Assembly (NCBI GenBank): GCA_964387845.1
Contig: CAYLXA010000006.1
Location: 128,001-192,000 of the forward strand
DNA length: 64,000 bases
Reading direction: 5' to 3'
DNA from: an uncultured bacterium
Lineage (GTDB): Bacteria; Omnitrophota; Omnitrophia; Omnitrophales; Abzuiibacteriaceae
Part shown: positions 1 to 9,326 of the stretch, in pieces
Numbering within the stretch: position 1 is the stretch's first letter
How the letters are laid out: every line of letters starts with the position of its first letter
Notes under the pieces: model-generated
What the model saw: the letters and a program-made list of their open reading frames with translations, nothing else
The model's database searches: none
What the model was told of the DNA's origin: nothing
Program-made: the position numbers and the translations under genes

Positions 1-240
1 GGACTTGCGCACCGACACGGAATCGGTGTTTTGAATTCCCCCGGAACGATTGATTCGGATTACCGCGGCGAAATTCAGGTAATCCTGATTAATTTAGGCG
101 ACCAGCCTCATATCATCGAACGAGGTGCCCGGATCGCCCAAATGGTCCTTTCGCCTACCTATCAAGCGGAAATCAAGGTTGTCCCCGAACTGGACGTTAC
201 TATAAGAAACCACGGCGGTTTCGGCCATACCGGCTTTTAA
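1..240 (+). CDS. dut: dUTP diphosphatase (dUTPase), 3' portion; gene starts upstream of window
   Basis: Translation contains the dUTPase motifs [11 protein letters not shown] and C-terminal GGFGHTG. The reading frame is open from position 1. Confidence 0.75.
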   Translation, partial: GLAHRHGIGVLNSPGTIDSDYRGEIQVILINLGDQPHIIERGARIAQMVLSPTYQAEIKVVPELDVTIRNHGGFGHTGF

Positions 241-251
241 GGGGAAAATTC

Positions 252-2543
252 ATGAAGAAGGAAAGAATTAACGAAATAGTAGGGCTTTTTTATCTGTTGG
301 CGAGTCTTTTTACTTTGATCAGCCTGCTATTTTATGATTTTCAGGACCATTCGTTCTACACGTCGGTTCCGAATCATCCGATCCAAAACCCGGCCGGCAT
401 CGTCGGCGCTTATTTGGCGCATTATTTGGTCCTGACTTTCGGTTTCGGATCTTTCAGCGTTCCGATTCTTTTACTGTTTTGGTCATCCTGTTATTTTCTC
501 CAGAAAGTCCCTCAAAAAAAATTCCTGGAAATCATCGGCATCCTCATCGCGATTTTCTCGGTTGCGAGCATTTTGTCGCTGATCGCACAGTCTACCTGGC
601 AAGTCCGCTCAGGCGGCCTGTTGGGTTATTATTTTTCGAGCATTCTGGAACGCTATTTTGGTTTTTGGGGCGGGCTTTTAATGGCAACGTCATGTTTGCT
701 TCTGGCTACACTTTTATTCACCGACTTTCTTTTGTACCCCATTTTTCAAAAAATATGGAACTCGGTGGCCAATTGGTTCCTGGCAAAATCCGTCAAGGAT
801 GCATTCTTAAAACCCAAGAAGCCGACGGTGCTTGTAAAACCAAAGTCCAAACCCAAGGAAGAGCCGAAAGTGCCCGCCAAGAAGCCCGGTAAATTTTTGG
901 AGCTCATGCCGATTAAAATCAAGCAGTTCAGGCCCGGAGCGCCGGAACCTGCGGAAAAGAAGCCGGTCAAATTTAATTTAATGGCGAAGGAAAAGATTGA
1001 AGAAGACGCGCTGAAGAAAGCAAAAGCGGAAATTAAAAAACCGGAGAAGATTGACATTCCCACGGAAGGTACCATTCAAATTTCGAATGCGCCCGCGAAA
1101 CGGAGCGGCCAGTATGTTTTCCCGTCTATCGACCTGCTTCATGTGCCTAAAAATGCCGGAATGGCGGTTGAGGAAGATTTCAAACGCAATTCCGAGATTC
1201 TTGAAGAAACGTTCCGCGATTTCGGAATCGAAGTCAAAGTTGTTGAAGTGGAGCAGGGGCCCGTGATTACGCGCTACGAAATTATGCCGGCGCCGGGCAT
1301 GAAGGTCGCGCGCATTCTGGCTTACTCGGATGATTTGGCGCTGGCAATGAAGGCGCCCAGTATCCGGTTTATTGCGCCGATTCCGGGCAAATCCGCCATC
1401 GGCGTTGAAGTGCCGAATTCTGTTTCTTGTTCTGTGTTTCTGCGCGAGATGATTGAGACCAAAGAATTCAAGCAAGGAAAAGCCAAATTACCGCTCACGC
1501 TCGGTAAGGACACGAGCGGAAAACCGATGATCGCCGATTTAACTGAAATGCCGCACATTTTGATTGCGGGCACAACAGGAAGTGGAAAAACGGTTTGCGT
1601 CAATTCCATCATTGCCGGGCTTTTGTATTCCAAGTCGCCGGATGATTTGAAATTCGTGATGATCGATCCAAAAATGGTTGAAATGACGGTTTACAAAGAT
1701 CTTCCGCACATGCTGACGCCGGTCGTGACGGACGTGAAAAAAGCGGCGGTGACGCTCAATTGGGTGGTCAGCGAAATGGAGCGCCGTTATAAATTTTTCG
1801 CGCACGCCGGCGCCCGCAACATTCAAGCGTTTAATGCCCGCGAAGATAAACAGCCGGCTGAAACCGAAGCCGGCACGCTGCCCGAGCGGCTCCCTTACAT
1901 CGTAGTCGTGATTGACGAGCTTGCTGACCTCATGATGGTTGCTCAGGACAAGGTAGAAGGCGCCATCACGCGGCTTGCGCAGCTTTCGCGCGCAGTCGGC
2001 ATTCATTTGATTTTAGCCACACAACGGCCTTCTGTTGATGTTATTACGGGCGTGATCAAAGCCAATTTTCCGGCGCGTATTTCGTTTAAAGTGGCATCTA
2101 AAATTGATTCGCGAACGGTTTTAGATACGAGCGGCGCTGATAAATTGATCGGAAAAGGCGACATGCTTTTCCTTGAGCCCGGACGCGAAAAACCCGTGCG
2201 CGGCCAGGCGGCTTATGTTGCCGATGCAGAAATTAATGCAGTCGTTAAAGCCATCAAGCAGAATGGTTCTCCAAGTTATCATCCCGAAATCCAGCAAATT
2301 CAGGAAGGCAAAACGTCGCAGGTGTCATCCGAAAAAGATGAAATTTATGACGAAGCGGTTCGTGTGGTATTAGAAACGCGCCAAGCCTCTGTCTCTGTCT
2401 TGCAGCGGCGTTTGAGGCTCGGTTACGGCCGCGCGGCGCGCATTGTCGATATGATGGAGCAGGAGGGCATTGTCGGGCCTCCGCAAGGCAGCAAGCCGCG
2501 TGAAATTTTAGTCGAGAAATACGAAGACGTCGCCAAATCCTAA
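252..2543 (+). CDS. ftsK: DNA translocase FtsK
   Basis: N-terminal multi-TM region and a Pro/Lys-rich linker. Motor domain has Walker A GTTGSGKT and Walker B VVVIDELAD. C-terminal gamma winged-helix (VLETRQASVSVLQRRLRLGYGRAARIVDMMEQEGIV). Confidence 0.9.
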   Translation: MKKERINEIVGLFYLLASLFTLISLLFYDFQDHSFYTSVPNHPIQNPAGIVGAYLAHYLVLTFGFGSFSVPILLLFWSSCYFLQKVPQKKFLEIIGILIAIFSVASILSLIAQSTWQVRSGGLLGYYFSSILERYFGFWGGLLMATSCLLLATLLFTDFLLYPIFQKIWNSVANWFLAKSVKDAFLKPKKPTVLVKPKSKPKEEPKVPAKKPGKFLELMPIKIKQFRPGAPEPAEKKPVKFNLMAKEKIEEDALKKAKAEIKKPEKIDIPTEGTIQISNAPAKRSGQYVFPSIDLLHVPKNAGMAVEEDFKRNSEILEETFRDFGIEVKVVEVEQGPVITRYEIMPAPGMKVARILAYSDDLALAMKAPSIRFIAPIPGKSAIGVEVPNSVSCSVFLREMIETKEFKQGKAKLPLTLGKDTSGKPMIADLTEMPHILIAGTTGSGKTVCVNSIIAGLLYSKSPDDLKFVMIDPKMVEMTVYKDLPHMLTPVVTDVKKAAVTLNWVVSEMERRYKFFAHAGARNIQAFNAREDKQPAETEAGTLPERLPYIVVVIDELADLMMVAQDKVEGAITRLAQLSRAVGIHLILATQRPSVDVITGVIKANFPARISFKVASKIDSRTVLDTSGADKLIGKGDMLFLEPGREKPVRGQAAYVADAEINAVVKAIKQNGSPSYHPEIQQIQEGKTSQVSSEKDEIYDEAVRVVLETRQASVSVLQRRLRLGYGRAARIVDMMEQEGIVGPPQGSKPREILVEKYEDVAKS

Positions 2544-2553
2544 TTTTCTTCCG

Positions 2554-3276
2554 ATGTCTGCCCAGTTTTTGATCATCCGCCACGTCCCGCACGAAAGCGC
2601 CGGCACGATTGAATCTTTCCTTGTGCAGCACAAAATCAGCTTTGAATATTTAAATGCTTACGACGGCGCGAAAGTTCCGCATGATTTGAACCCGTATCAG
2701 GCGCTGATCGTGATGGGTGGGCCGATGAATGTGGATGAGACGCGCGAATTTCCGTTCTTAGCGGATGAAGTAACACTTATTCAAAACACAATCAAAAACA
2801 AAAAACCGGTAATCGGCGTGTGTTTAGGCGCTCAACTCATGGCGAAGGCGCTCGGCGCCAAAGTCTATAAAGGCCACAAAAAAGAAATCGGCTGGTTTCC
2901 GATCGAATGGTCAAAAGACGCTGCGTTAGATCCGGTATTCAATAATATTAGCAAAACTGCCAAAACCGTTTTTCACTGGCACGGCGACACGTTTGATCTG
3001 CCGAACGGCGCTGTGCGGCTTGCCTCATCAAAAGAATACCCCAACCAGCTTTTTAAGTATGGAAATTCTGCGTATGCGTTCCAATTTCACGTTGAAGTGA
3101 CGGCAGATATGGCGCGTGATTGGATGAAAGAGAATCAAAGTGATTTTTGGGGCACGGAGAGTTATCTGGATCCCAAGTCCGTGACGGCCGATGCTGATAG
3201 CAAGGCCAAAGTTTTGGCCGATCTAGCGTTTCCGATTTATGAAAAACTCTTCCGTCAGTTTGGTCTGATCCTATGA
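2554..3276 (+). CDS. class I glutamine amidotransferase-like protein (GATase1 family)
   Basis: GATase1 fold signature IGVCLGAQLMAKALGAKV with the conserved Cys, and HWHGDTF His region. About 240 aa. Confidence 0.65.
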   Translation: MSAQFLIIRHVPHESAGTIESFLVQHKISFEYLNAYDGAKVPHDLNPYQALIVMGGPMNVDETREFPFLADEVTLIQNTIKNKKPVIGVCLGAQLMAKALGAKVYKGHKKEIGWFPIEWSKDAALDPVFNNISKTAKTVFHWHGDTFDLPNGAVRLASSKEYPNQLFKYGNSAYAFQFHVEVTADMARDWMKENQSDFWGTESYLDPKSVTADADSKAKVLADLAFPIYEKLFRQFGLIL

Positions 3277-3962
3277 AGTACAAAGCCGTTTTTTTTGATG
3301 CCGGCGGCACGCTTTTCGAGCCCAATCCCTCTGTCGGTGATATTTACGCGCGGATTGCCTCTGATTTTGGCATGAAAACGGACGTTCAAAAAATTGAAGC
3401 TGCGTTCCGCGCGGAATTTTCAAAGCGGGACCGGGCAGCGAATATGCATGCGCACGATACGGAAAAGAACGAAAAGCTCTGGTGGAAGGAGCTGGTGAAA
3501 GCAGTTTTTGAGAAAACCGTCCAAGTGCAAAACTTTGACTCGTTCTTCGAAGCATTGTATGATTATTTCGCGACGGCTGCGGCCTGGCGCCTTTTTCCGG
3601 AATCGGTGAGTGTTGTTGACGAATTAAGGAAGAAAAACCTTATTTTGGGCATCGTTTCCAATTGGGATTCACGGCTTCATTCAATCTGCAAACAAATGGG
3701 CTTGGACAAGCGCTTTGATTTTATTCTGGCCTCAGCGGTTGTGGGTTCTGCGAAACCTAATTCCGGAATTTTTCAGGAAGCATTGAAGCAGGCAAATGTT
3801 GCCGCCAGCGAAGCGTTGCATGTGGGCGATAGTATCGAGAATGATATTGAAGGCGCGCACCGGTCAAAAATTGATGCGCTTTTGATCGACCGAAGCGGCC
3901 GCGAAACGGAAAACATCAAAACAATTCGGTCGCTCAGTGAAATTGTGCCGCATTTAACATAA
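3273..3962 (+). CDS. HAD-superfamily hydrolase (subfamily IA-like)
   Basis: N-terminal DxG motif (VFFDAGGTLFE), SNWD motif II and C-terminal GDSIENDIEGA motif. Start overlaps the upstream stop (ATGA). Confidence 0.7.
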   Translation: MKYKAVFFDAGGTLFEPNPSVGDIYARIASDFGMKTDVQKIEAAFRAEFSKRDRAANMHAHDTEKNEKLWWKELVKAVFEKTVQVQNFDSFFEALYDYFATAAAWRLFPESVSVVDELRKKNLILGIVSNWDSRLHSICKQMGLDKRFDFILASAVVGSAKPNSGIFQEALKQANVAASEALHVGDSIENDIEGAHRSKIDALLIDRSGRETENIKTIRSLSEIVPHLT

Positions 3963-3971
3963 AGAGGAATC

Positions 3972-4205
3972 ATGATTCAGCCGCAAGAAGTGCACGCCAT
4001 GCTGCAAGCCGCGTTTCCGGATGCTGAAGTCAATGTCGACGACATGACCGGCAGCTTGGATCATTTTCAAATTTTTATTATTTCAAAACAATTTCAGAAT
4101 AAATCACGCATCGAACAGCACCGGATGGTTCAGGTGCCATTGCAAGCGGCCTTGAATGACGGCCGGATTCACGCGGTTCAAATCAAAACGGCAGTGATGC
4201 CTTAA
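3972..4205 (+). CDS. bolA: BolA-family protein
   Basis: 77 aa with the BolA-like helix-turn (HFQIFIISKQFQNKSRIEQHRMVQ ... IHAVQIKT). Lies directly upstream of a monothiol glutaredoxin, the conserved pairing. Confidence 0.65.
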   Translation: MIQPQEVHAMLQAAFPDAEVNVDDMTGSLDHFQIFIISKQFQNKSRIEQHRMVQVPLQAALNDGRIHAVQIKTAVMP

Positions 4206-4219
4206 CAAAGGAGCGGGTA

Positions 4220-4546
4220 ATGTCGGACGATTTTCACAAACGGGTTAGCGAACAAGTAAAGAACAGCAAAATTCTCGTTTACATGAAGGGTAACAAGCAG
4301 CAGCCTATGTGCGGATTTTCGGCGCGCGTGGTTCAAATTCTCAATGATATTGGAAAGCCGTACGAAACTGTTGATGTGCTGTCAAACCTCGAAATCAGGA
4401 GCCGGATGGAAGAATTTTCAAAATGGCCTACGTTTCCGCAGGTTTTTATCGGCGGCGAATTTATCGGCGGCTGCGATATTGTGAGCGAAATGAGCGAAAG
4501 CGGGGAATTGGAACCTCTGATTAAGAAAGCGTTTGGAGAAGCATGA
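4220..4546 (+). CDS. grxD: monothiol glutaredoxin (Grx4 family)
   Basis: CGFS active-site motif (PMCGFSARV), and a glutathione-binding region WPTFPQVFIGGEFIGGCDI. Confidence 0.85.
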   Translation: MSDDFHKRVSEQVKNSKILVYMKGNKQQPMCGFSARVVQILNDIGKPYETVDVLSNLEIRSRMEEFSKWPTFPQVFIGGEFIGGCDIVSEMSESGELEPLIKKAFGEA

Positions 4547-5892
4547 ATTTAACCGAAGATCTCGAGCAGGCTATTGCGGGAAAGGACAAGCTCAAAGTTG
4601 AGAACTTGTTTTCTTCCTTGGCCCCGCTGGATGCGGCACAGGCGGTTGCTCAGCTGTCCAAGAAAAATCAAAGGCAGCTTTTTGCATTGCTGAATGCCAA
4701 GCAAGCGGCCGGCGTTGTGGAAGCGATGCCGAGCGTAGAACGCTCCACGATTATTAGAGGCATCTCGCAGGAAAAAGCTTCCGGCATTATGGATGCGATG
4801 GAGTCTGATGAGTGTGCCGATCTTCTGCTGGAGCTGCCGAAAGACAAGCGCGAGCAGCTGATTCAGGGCATGACGCCGACCGGCGCCCAAGAAGTCCGCG
4901 AACTTATCTCATATCCCGAAAATTCTGCCGGTAGTTTGATGGCGAAGGAATACATTGCCTTCGATAAATCCGCAAAAGTTTCGGAAGTTCTCAAATTTTT
5001 GCGGAATCACTCAGCCACATTTGATCAATACAGTGTCTCATACGTTTATGTGCTTAATCAAGACAAGCAACTGATCGGCGTTCTTCGGCTTCGGGATTTG
5101 ATTTTAAAAAGTTTGGACGCTTCAATCGAAGAGATTATGATCCGCAACCCGATCTCTATTTCGGTTAATGCGCCTGTCGATGAAGTGAAGGAATTGTTTG
5201 AGCAGCATCATTTCTTAGCACTACCGGTAGTTTCGGCCAATCAAAGGATGGCTGGCATCATCACAGCCGATGACGTCAGAAAAACCACGGAAAAATCCAA
5301 CATCGAAACCTTGCTTCGTTTTACTGGTATCGGCGGCGGGGAAGAGCTGCGCACAATGCCGCTTTTTGTCAGGATCCGTAATAGGCTGTCATGGCTCAGT
5401 CTGAATATCGGTCTCAATGTGATTTCGGCAAGCGTGATTGCTCTTTTCCAAGACACACTCCAGGAAGTAATTGTGATGGCGGTATTCTTGCCGATTATTT
5501 CCGATATGAGCGGATGTTCAGGCAGTCAGGCGATGGCAGTGAGTATTCGCGAGCTGACACTAGGCCGCATTTCATTCAAAGATTACCGCTCGATACTTGG
5601 CAAGGAAATTGTTATGGGTTTGATCAGCGGGCTTATTCTTGGGCTTGAGATCGGCCTTATCGCATTTTTGTGGAAAAAAATGGCCATACTAGGTGTTGTG
5701 GTAGCGCTGGCGCTTTGGGCCAATACCTTGATAGCGGTTGCGTTTGGCGGTATTCTTCCTGTCTTTCTACGAAAATTTAGATGGGATCCGGCAATCGCTT
5801 CCAGCCCAATTTTAACGACTGTCACGGATGCAAGCGGATTTTTTATTGCACTGAGCCTGACCAGTCTATTCCTCCCGTACTTTTCGCAGTAA
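4543..5892 (+). CDS. mgtE: magnesium transporter MgtE
   Basis: MgtE N-domain, tandem CBS-like region and a C-terminal five-TM MgtE channel domain with the conserved PIISDMSG-type segment. ATGA overlap with grxD. Confidence 0.85.
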   Translation: MNLTEDLEQAIAGKDKLKVENLFSSLAPLDAAQAVAQLSKKNQRQLFALLNAKQAAGVVEAMPSVERSTIIRGISQEKASGIMDAMESDECADLLLELPKDKREQLIQGMTPTGAQEVRELISYPENSAGSLMAKEYIAFDKSAKVSEVLKFLRNHSATFDQYSVSYVYVLNQDKQLIGVLRLRDLILKSLDASIEEIMIRNPISISVNAPVDEVKELFEQHHFLALPVVSANQRMAGIITADDVRKTTEKSNIETLLRFTGIGGGEELRTMPLFVRIRNRLSWLSLNIGLNVISASVIALFQDTLQEVIVMAVFLPIISDMSGCSGSQAMAVSIRELTLGRISFKDYRSILGKEIVMGLISGLILGLEIGLIAFLWKKMAILGVVVALALWANTLIAVAFGGILPVFLRKFRWDPAIASSPILTTVTDASGFFIALSLTSLFLPYFSQ

Positions 5893-6055
5893 ATTCTATT
5901 TTTTTGTTGGAAAGCACGCGCTGAGTTTGTTATACTTCTCACTCAGGCGGCACAAGTTTTTATCACAATACATAATTGATCAGCGCACACCTCGTTGTCC
6001 AGCCGTTCTGAATGAACATTTTTATTTCATCCGTTAGCCTTTTTTAATCAATTCT

Positions 6056-7687
6056 ATGGAAGCAGAACCAGTTTTGGGCGGCGCTTTCTTTGGCCGCCGC
6101 GACGTGCTTGAGCGTTTAACCAAACGCTTGCGGGCCTTCGAATCCGGTTACCGGCACAACGTCGGCTTGATCGGTCCGGCCTGGGTCGGAAAGTCCTCCA
6201 TTTTGGCTCAGTTTTTAAAGATTGAGCGTTCCAAAAATACCATTCCCATCTTTATTCGAATTGAAGAAACCGATTCCTTCCAGGCTTTTTCAAGGAAGTG
6301 GTTGGGTAGTATTTTGTATGCTTACCAGCGCTATCTGGAACTTGCCCCGCCCAAAGATTATCAAACCCTGATTAAGCAAATGAAGCGCCGCTTGCCCCAT
6401 GTTTTAAAGAGAATGCGCACGGCGCGCCGGCTGGCAGATTCCGGCCAGTTTGACTCAAGCTACCGGGAGCATTTGGCACTTTTAGCGACATTGGCACAGG
6501 AGTCAGGCAAAAAAATCCTGCTGGTGATGGATGAATTTGACAGAATCGCCAATCTGCCGCTTTCGGACCCGTTTTCTCAGCTTGGCAAGGAAGTGATGGT
6601 CCAGAAAGATGCCATGTTCATTGTGTCCAGCTCCAAGCCGGATGAAGCGCGTTACATTTTTCAGGAAAAATTGTCGCTTCTTTTTTCAAATTTTGAACCG
6701 ATTGAACTCGGAAATCTGAATTTCGACGAAGGCGAAAGTTGGATCGCGGAACGTCTTGGCGCCGCGTTTCAAGACCGCTTTCTCCGGCGCGTACTGCTTG
6801 GAATTACCAACGCGCATCCGTACTATTTAGACATTCTCATCAAACGGCTGGAAAGCTTGCTTGCTACGCGAGAGCAAAAGCAAGTCACAAAAGTTTTGCT
6901 GGCGCAAGCGTTTGAAGAAGAGCTTTTCTCTCACCAGGGCACTTTGTATCAGCATTTTCTAATGCAGGTTTTTCAGTTGACGCGCAACCGCTTTAACGTA
7001 GTTTATGCCGACGTGCTTTTATCGATTGCGCTTGGCAAGAAAAAGATATCCCAAGTCGCCAAATTTCTCGAGAAGCCGGCCGATGAAGTTAAAAAGATTT
7101 TGCAGCGGCTTTTGCATGACCGTTTTGTGGAGAAGAAAGGTGTCTTTTTTGCGGTGCCCGATTCGCTTTACCGTTTCTGGCTTCAGGAAGTTTATTATTT
7201 AAAGCGTGCTTCTTTTGATTTGGATCTAACCGATACCCGTCAGGCATTCCGAAAATCTATCGAACGGACATTTGAATTTTTTGCCAAAGAAGATAGCAAG
7301 GATGTATCGCGGCGCATTGAGGAGCTTTTCCGCCAGTTTGGAAACGAAATTGTAGAGCTTGGGCGGAAGAAAATCAAATGCCCGCGCTTTTCTGATGTCC
7401 AATTCAAGCCGACCAACGGACGTGTGTTTCCGGTGGTTGCCAAAAATCAGAATACCAAATGGATGTTCCAGATTGTCCGGGAGCGCGCCCGCGAGGAAGA
7501 CGTGCGGCTATTTCTGGATGACATGAATAAACTAAAAAGTACCGTCCAAAAAAAGGTGATGATTACGCTTCGGGGCGTTGAATTAAATGCAAAGTTATTG
7601 GCGCAAGAGTCGAAAATTCAGTTGTGGGATTTGCGCGAATTGAACGCGCTTTTAGATTTATATAATCAGCCCAAGTTAATTTTGTAA
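6056..7687 (+). CDS. orphan AAA-type ATPase (Arch_ATPase-like N-domain, DUF234-like C-terminal domain)
   Basis: Walker A GLIGPAWVGKSS and Walker B LLVMDEFD. The family-typical FFGRRDVLERL N-terminus is present, and the C-terminal ~120 aa resembles the DUF234 nuclease-like fold. Confidence 0.55.
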   Translation: MEAEPVLGGAFFGRRDVLERLTKRLRAFESGYRHNVGLIGPAWVGKSSILAQFLKIERSKNTIPIFIRIEETDSFQAFSRKWLGSILYAYQRYLELAPPKDYQTLIKQMKRRLPHVLKRMRTARRLADSGQFDSSYREHLALLATLAQESGKKILLVMDEFDRIANLPLSDPFSQLGKEVMVQKDAMFIVSSSKPDEARYIFQEKLSLLFSNFEPIELGNLNFDEGESWIAERLGAAFQDRFLRRVLLGITNAHPYYLDILIKRLESLLATREQKQVTKVLLAQAFEEELFSHQGTLYQHFLMQVFQLTRNRFNVVYADVLLSIALGKKKISQVAKFLEKPADEVKKILQRLLHDRFVEKKGVFFAVPDSLYRFWLQEVYYLKRASFDLDLTDTRQAFRKSIERTFEFFAKEDSKDVSRRIEELFRQFGNEIVELGRKKIKCPRFSDVQFKPTNGRVFPVVAKNQNTKWMFQIVRERAREEDVRLFLDDMNKLKSTVQKKVMITLRGVELNAKLLAQESKIQLWDLRELNALLDLYNQPKLIL

Positions 7688-7688
7688 T

Positions 7689-8195
7689 ATGAGAAAAACA
7701 TCTCGGAAAACAGTTCGGAAATCAAGCCAGCAGCTTCTATGGGCGCCTTGGCGAGCGCCTTACATTCAGCATATTGCCCAACCCAAAGGCTGTGTTTTTT
7801 GCAGGGCGATCAGGAGTTCAAAAGATGCTGAAAATCTCGTAGTGAAGCGCAGCCGTCATTCGTTTGCAATTCTGAATTTGTATCCTTACAACAATGGCCA
7901 TCTGCTCATCGTGCCGAAACGCCATGTACCGGAATTCAGCCGGCTTACGGATCGTGAAATCCTGGATTTGATGGCCCTTCAAAATAGTATGCTGAAACGC
8001 ATCAAACAAAAACTGAAACCGGACGGATTTAATGTCGGCGCCAATCTCGGCAGAGTCGCGGGCGCCGGAATTCCGGGTCATTTGCATCTGCACATCGTTC
8101 CGCGCTGGCGCGGCGACACCAACTTCATGCCGGTTATCGGAAAGACCAAAGTCATCTCTCAATCGCTTGCGGCATTGCGCGATCTGCTACAATAG
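7689..8195 (+). CDS. HIT-family (histidine triad) nucleotide hydrolase
   Basis: Histidine triad HLHLHIVPR and upstream NNGHLLIVPKRH. Confidence 0.8.
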   Translation: MRKTSRKTVRKSSQQLLWAPWRAPYIQHIAQPKGCVFCRAIRSSKDAENLVVKRSRHSFAILNLYPYNNGHLLIVPKRHVPEFSRLTDREILDLMALQNSMLKRIKQKLKPDGFNVGANLGRVAGAGIPGHLHLHIVPRWRGDTNFMPVIGKTKVISQSLAALRDLLQ

Positions 8196-8198
8196 GGC

Positions 8199-9314
8199 AT
8201 GATTTTAACCCGCAAGGAATATGAAGACCGCGAATCCCAGTTTTTAGCTCCTTACGCCGTCAAAAGCGCCGAAAGCCGCGGCCGCGATTATTCCGAAAAA
8301 GAGCATGAATACCGCACTTGTTTTCAGCGTGACCGGGACCGTATCGTGCATTCGACCGCATTCCGGCGTCTTCAGTACAAAACCCAAGTCTTTGTAAATT
8401 CCGAAGGCGATCATTATAGAACTCGCCTGACTCATACCATCGAAACTGCGCAAATCGCACGCACCATCGGCCGGACGCTTGGCCTGAACGAAGATTTGAT
8501 TGAAGCAATTGCGCTCGCGCATGATTTGGGCCATGGGCCTTTCGGTCATGCCGGTGAGTGGGCGCTTGAGTCCCTGATGAAAAATCATGGCGGCTTTGAA
8601 CACAATCTGCAGGGAATCCGAATTGTCGAAGAGCTTGAAGAAGTATATTCAAACTTTCCTGGCCTTAATTTAACATCCGAAGTACGGGAGGGCATGAAGA
8701 AGCATCAGCAGAACATATCGTTATCATTTGAAGCGCGTGTGGTCGATTTGTCGGACGAGATTGCCTATGACAGTCATGATTTGGATGACGGAATCCGTTC
8801 AGGCTATCTTTCCGGATCGGATCTTGAGAAGCTCGCGATTTGGAAAAAAATTAGCCAATATTTGGGTACCAAATCTAACCTGAAGCAGGACCCGTCGTGG
8901 CGGCGCGCCGCGATCCGGCTTCTCATCAACCATCAGGTGAAGGATTTGCTTGAGACGACTAACCGAAATCTTAAAAAACTTAAGTCTGCTAAAAAATTAT
9001 CATCCGACATAATTATCCGCCTAGTTCATTTTTCTTTGCCGGTACGGAAATGGAAGAAGGAACTTAAAAGTTTTCTGCATGAAAATCTTTATAATCATTA
9101 CCGCGTTGTTCGCATGACCGATAAGGGGCAGCGGATTATCCGGAAATTGTTTCGGGCATATCTCGATAAGCCTAAGCAATTATCGCCCGGTATCCAACGG
9201 CGGATCGGAAAAGATTCTATCGAGCGGGTGATCTGTGATTACGTTGCCGGAATGACAGATCGGTTTGCACTGGATGAATATAAGCGGTTATTTGACCCGG
9301 ATGAACGGGTTTAA
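8199..9314 (+). CDS. dgt: dGTPase-like HD-domain phosphohydrolase (short dGTP triphosphohydrolase family)
   Basis: HD motif region RLTHTIETAQIARTI ... HDLGHGPFGH, and typical dGTPase-like N-terminus (SRGRDY, FQRDRDRIVHS..FRRLQYKTQVF). Confidence 0.8.
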   Translation: MILTRKEYEDRESQFLAPYAVKSAESRGRDYSEKEHEYRTCFQRDRDRIVHSTAFRRLQYKTQVFVNSEGDHYRTRLTHTIETAQIARTIGRTLGLNEDLIEAIALAHDLGHGPFGHAGEWALESLMKNHGGFEHNLQGIRIVEELEEVYSNFPGLNLTSEVREGMKKHQQNISLSFEARVVDLSDEIAYDSHDLDDGIRSGYLSGSDLEKLAIWKKISQYLGTKSNLKQDPSWRRAAIRLLINHQVKDLLETTNRNLKKLKSAKKLSSDIIIRLVHFSLPVRKWKKELKSFLHENLYNHYRVVRMTDKGQRIIRKLFRAYLDKPKQLSPGIQRRIGKDSIERVICDYVAGMTDRFALDEYKRLFDPDERV

Positions 9315-9326
9315 CGATGTAAGTAT

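Noticed and set aside
5893-6055. Intrinsic terminator after mgtE
   Set aside because: A 6-bp stem (CTGAGT/ACTCAG) with a 14-nt loop exists, but the T-tract is displaced and interrupted, so it is too weak to call.
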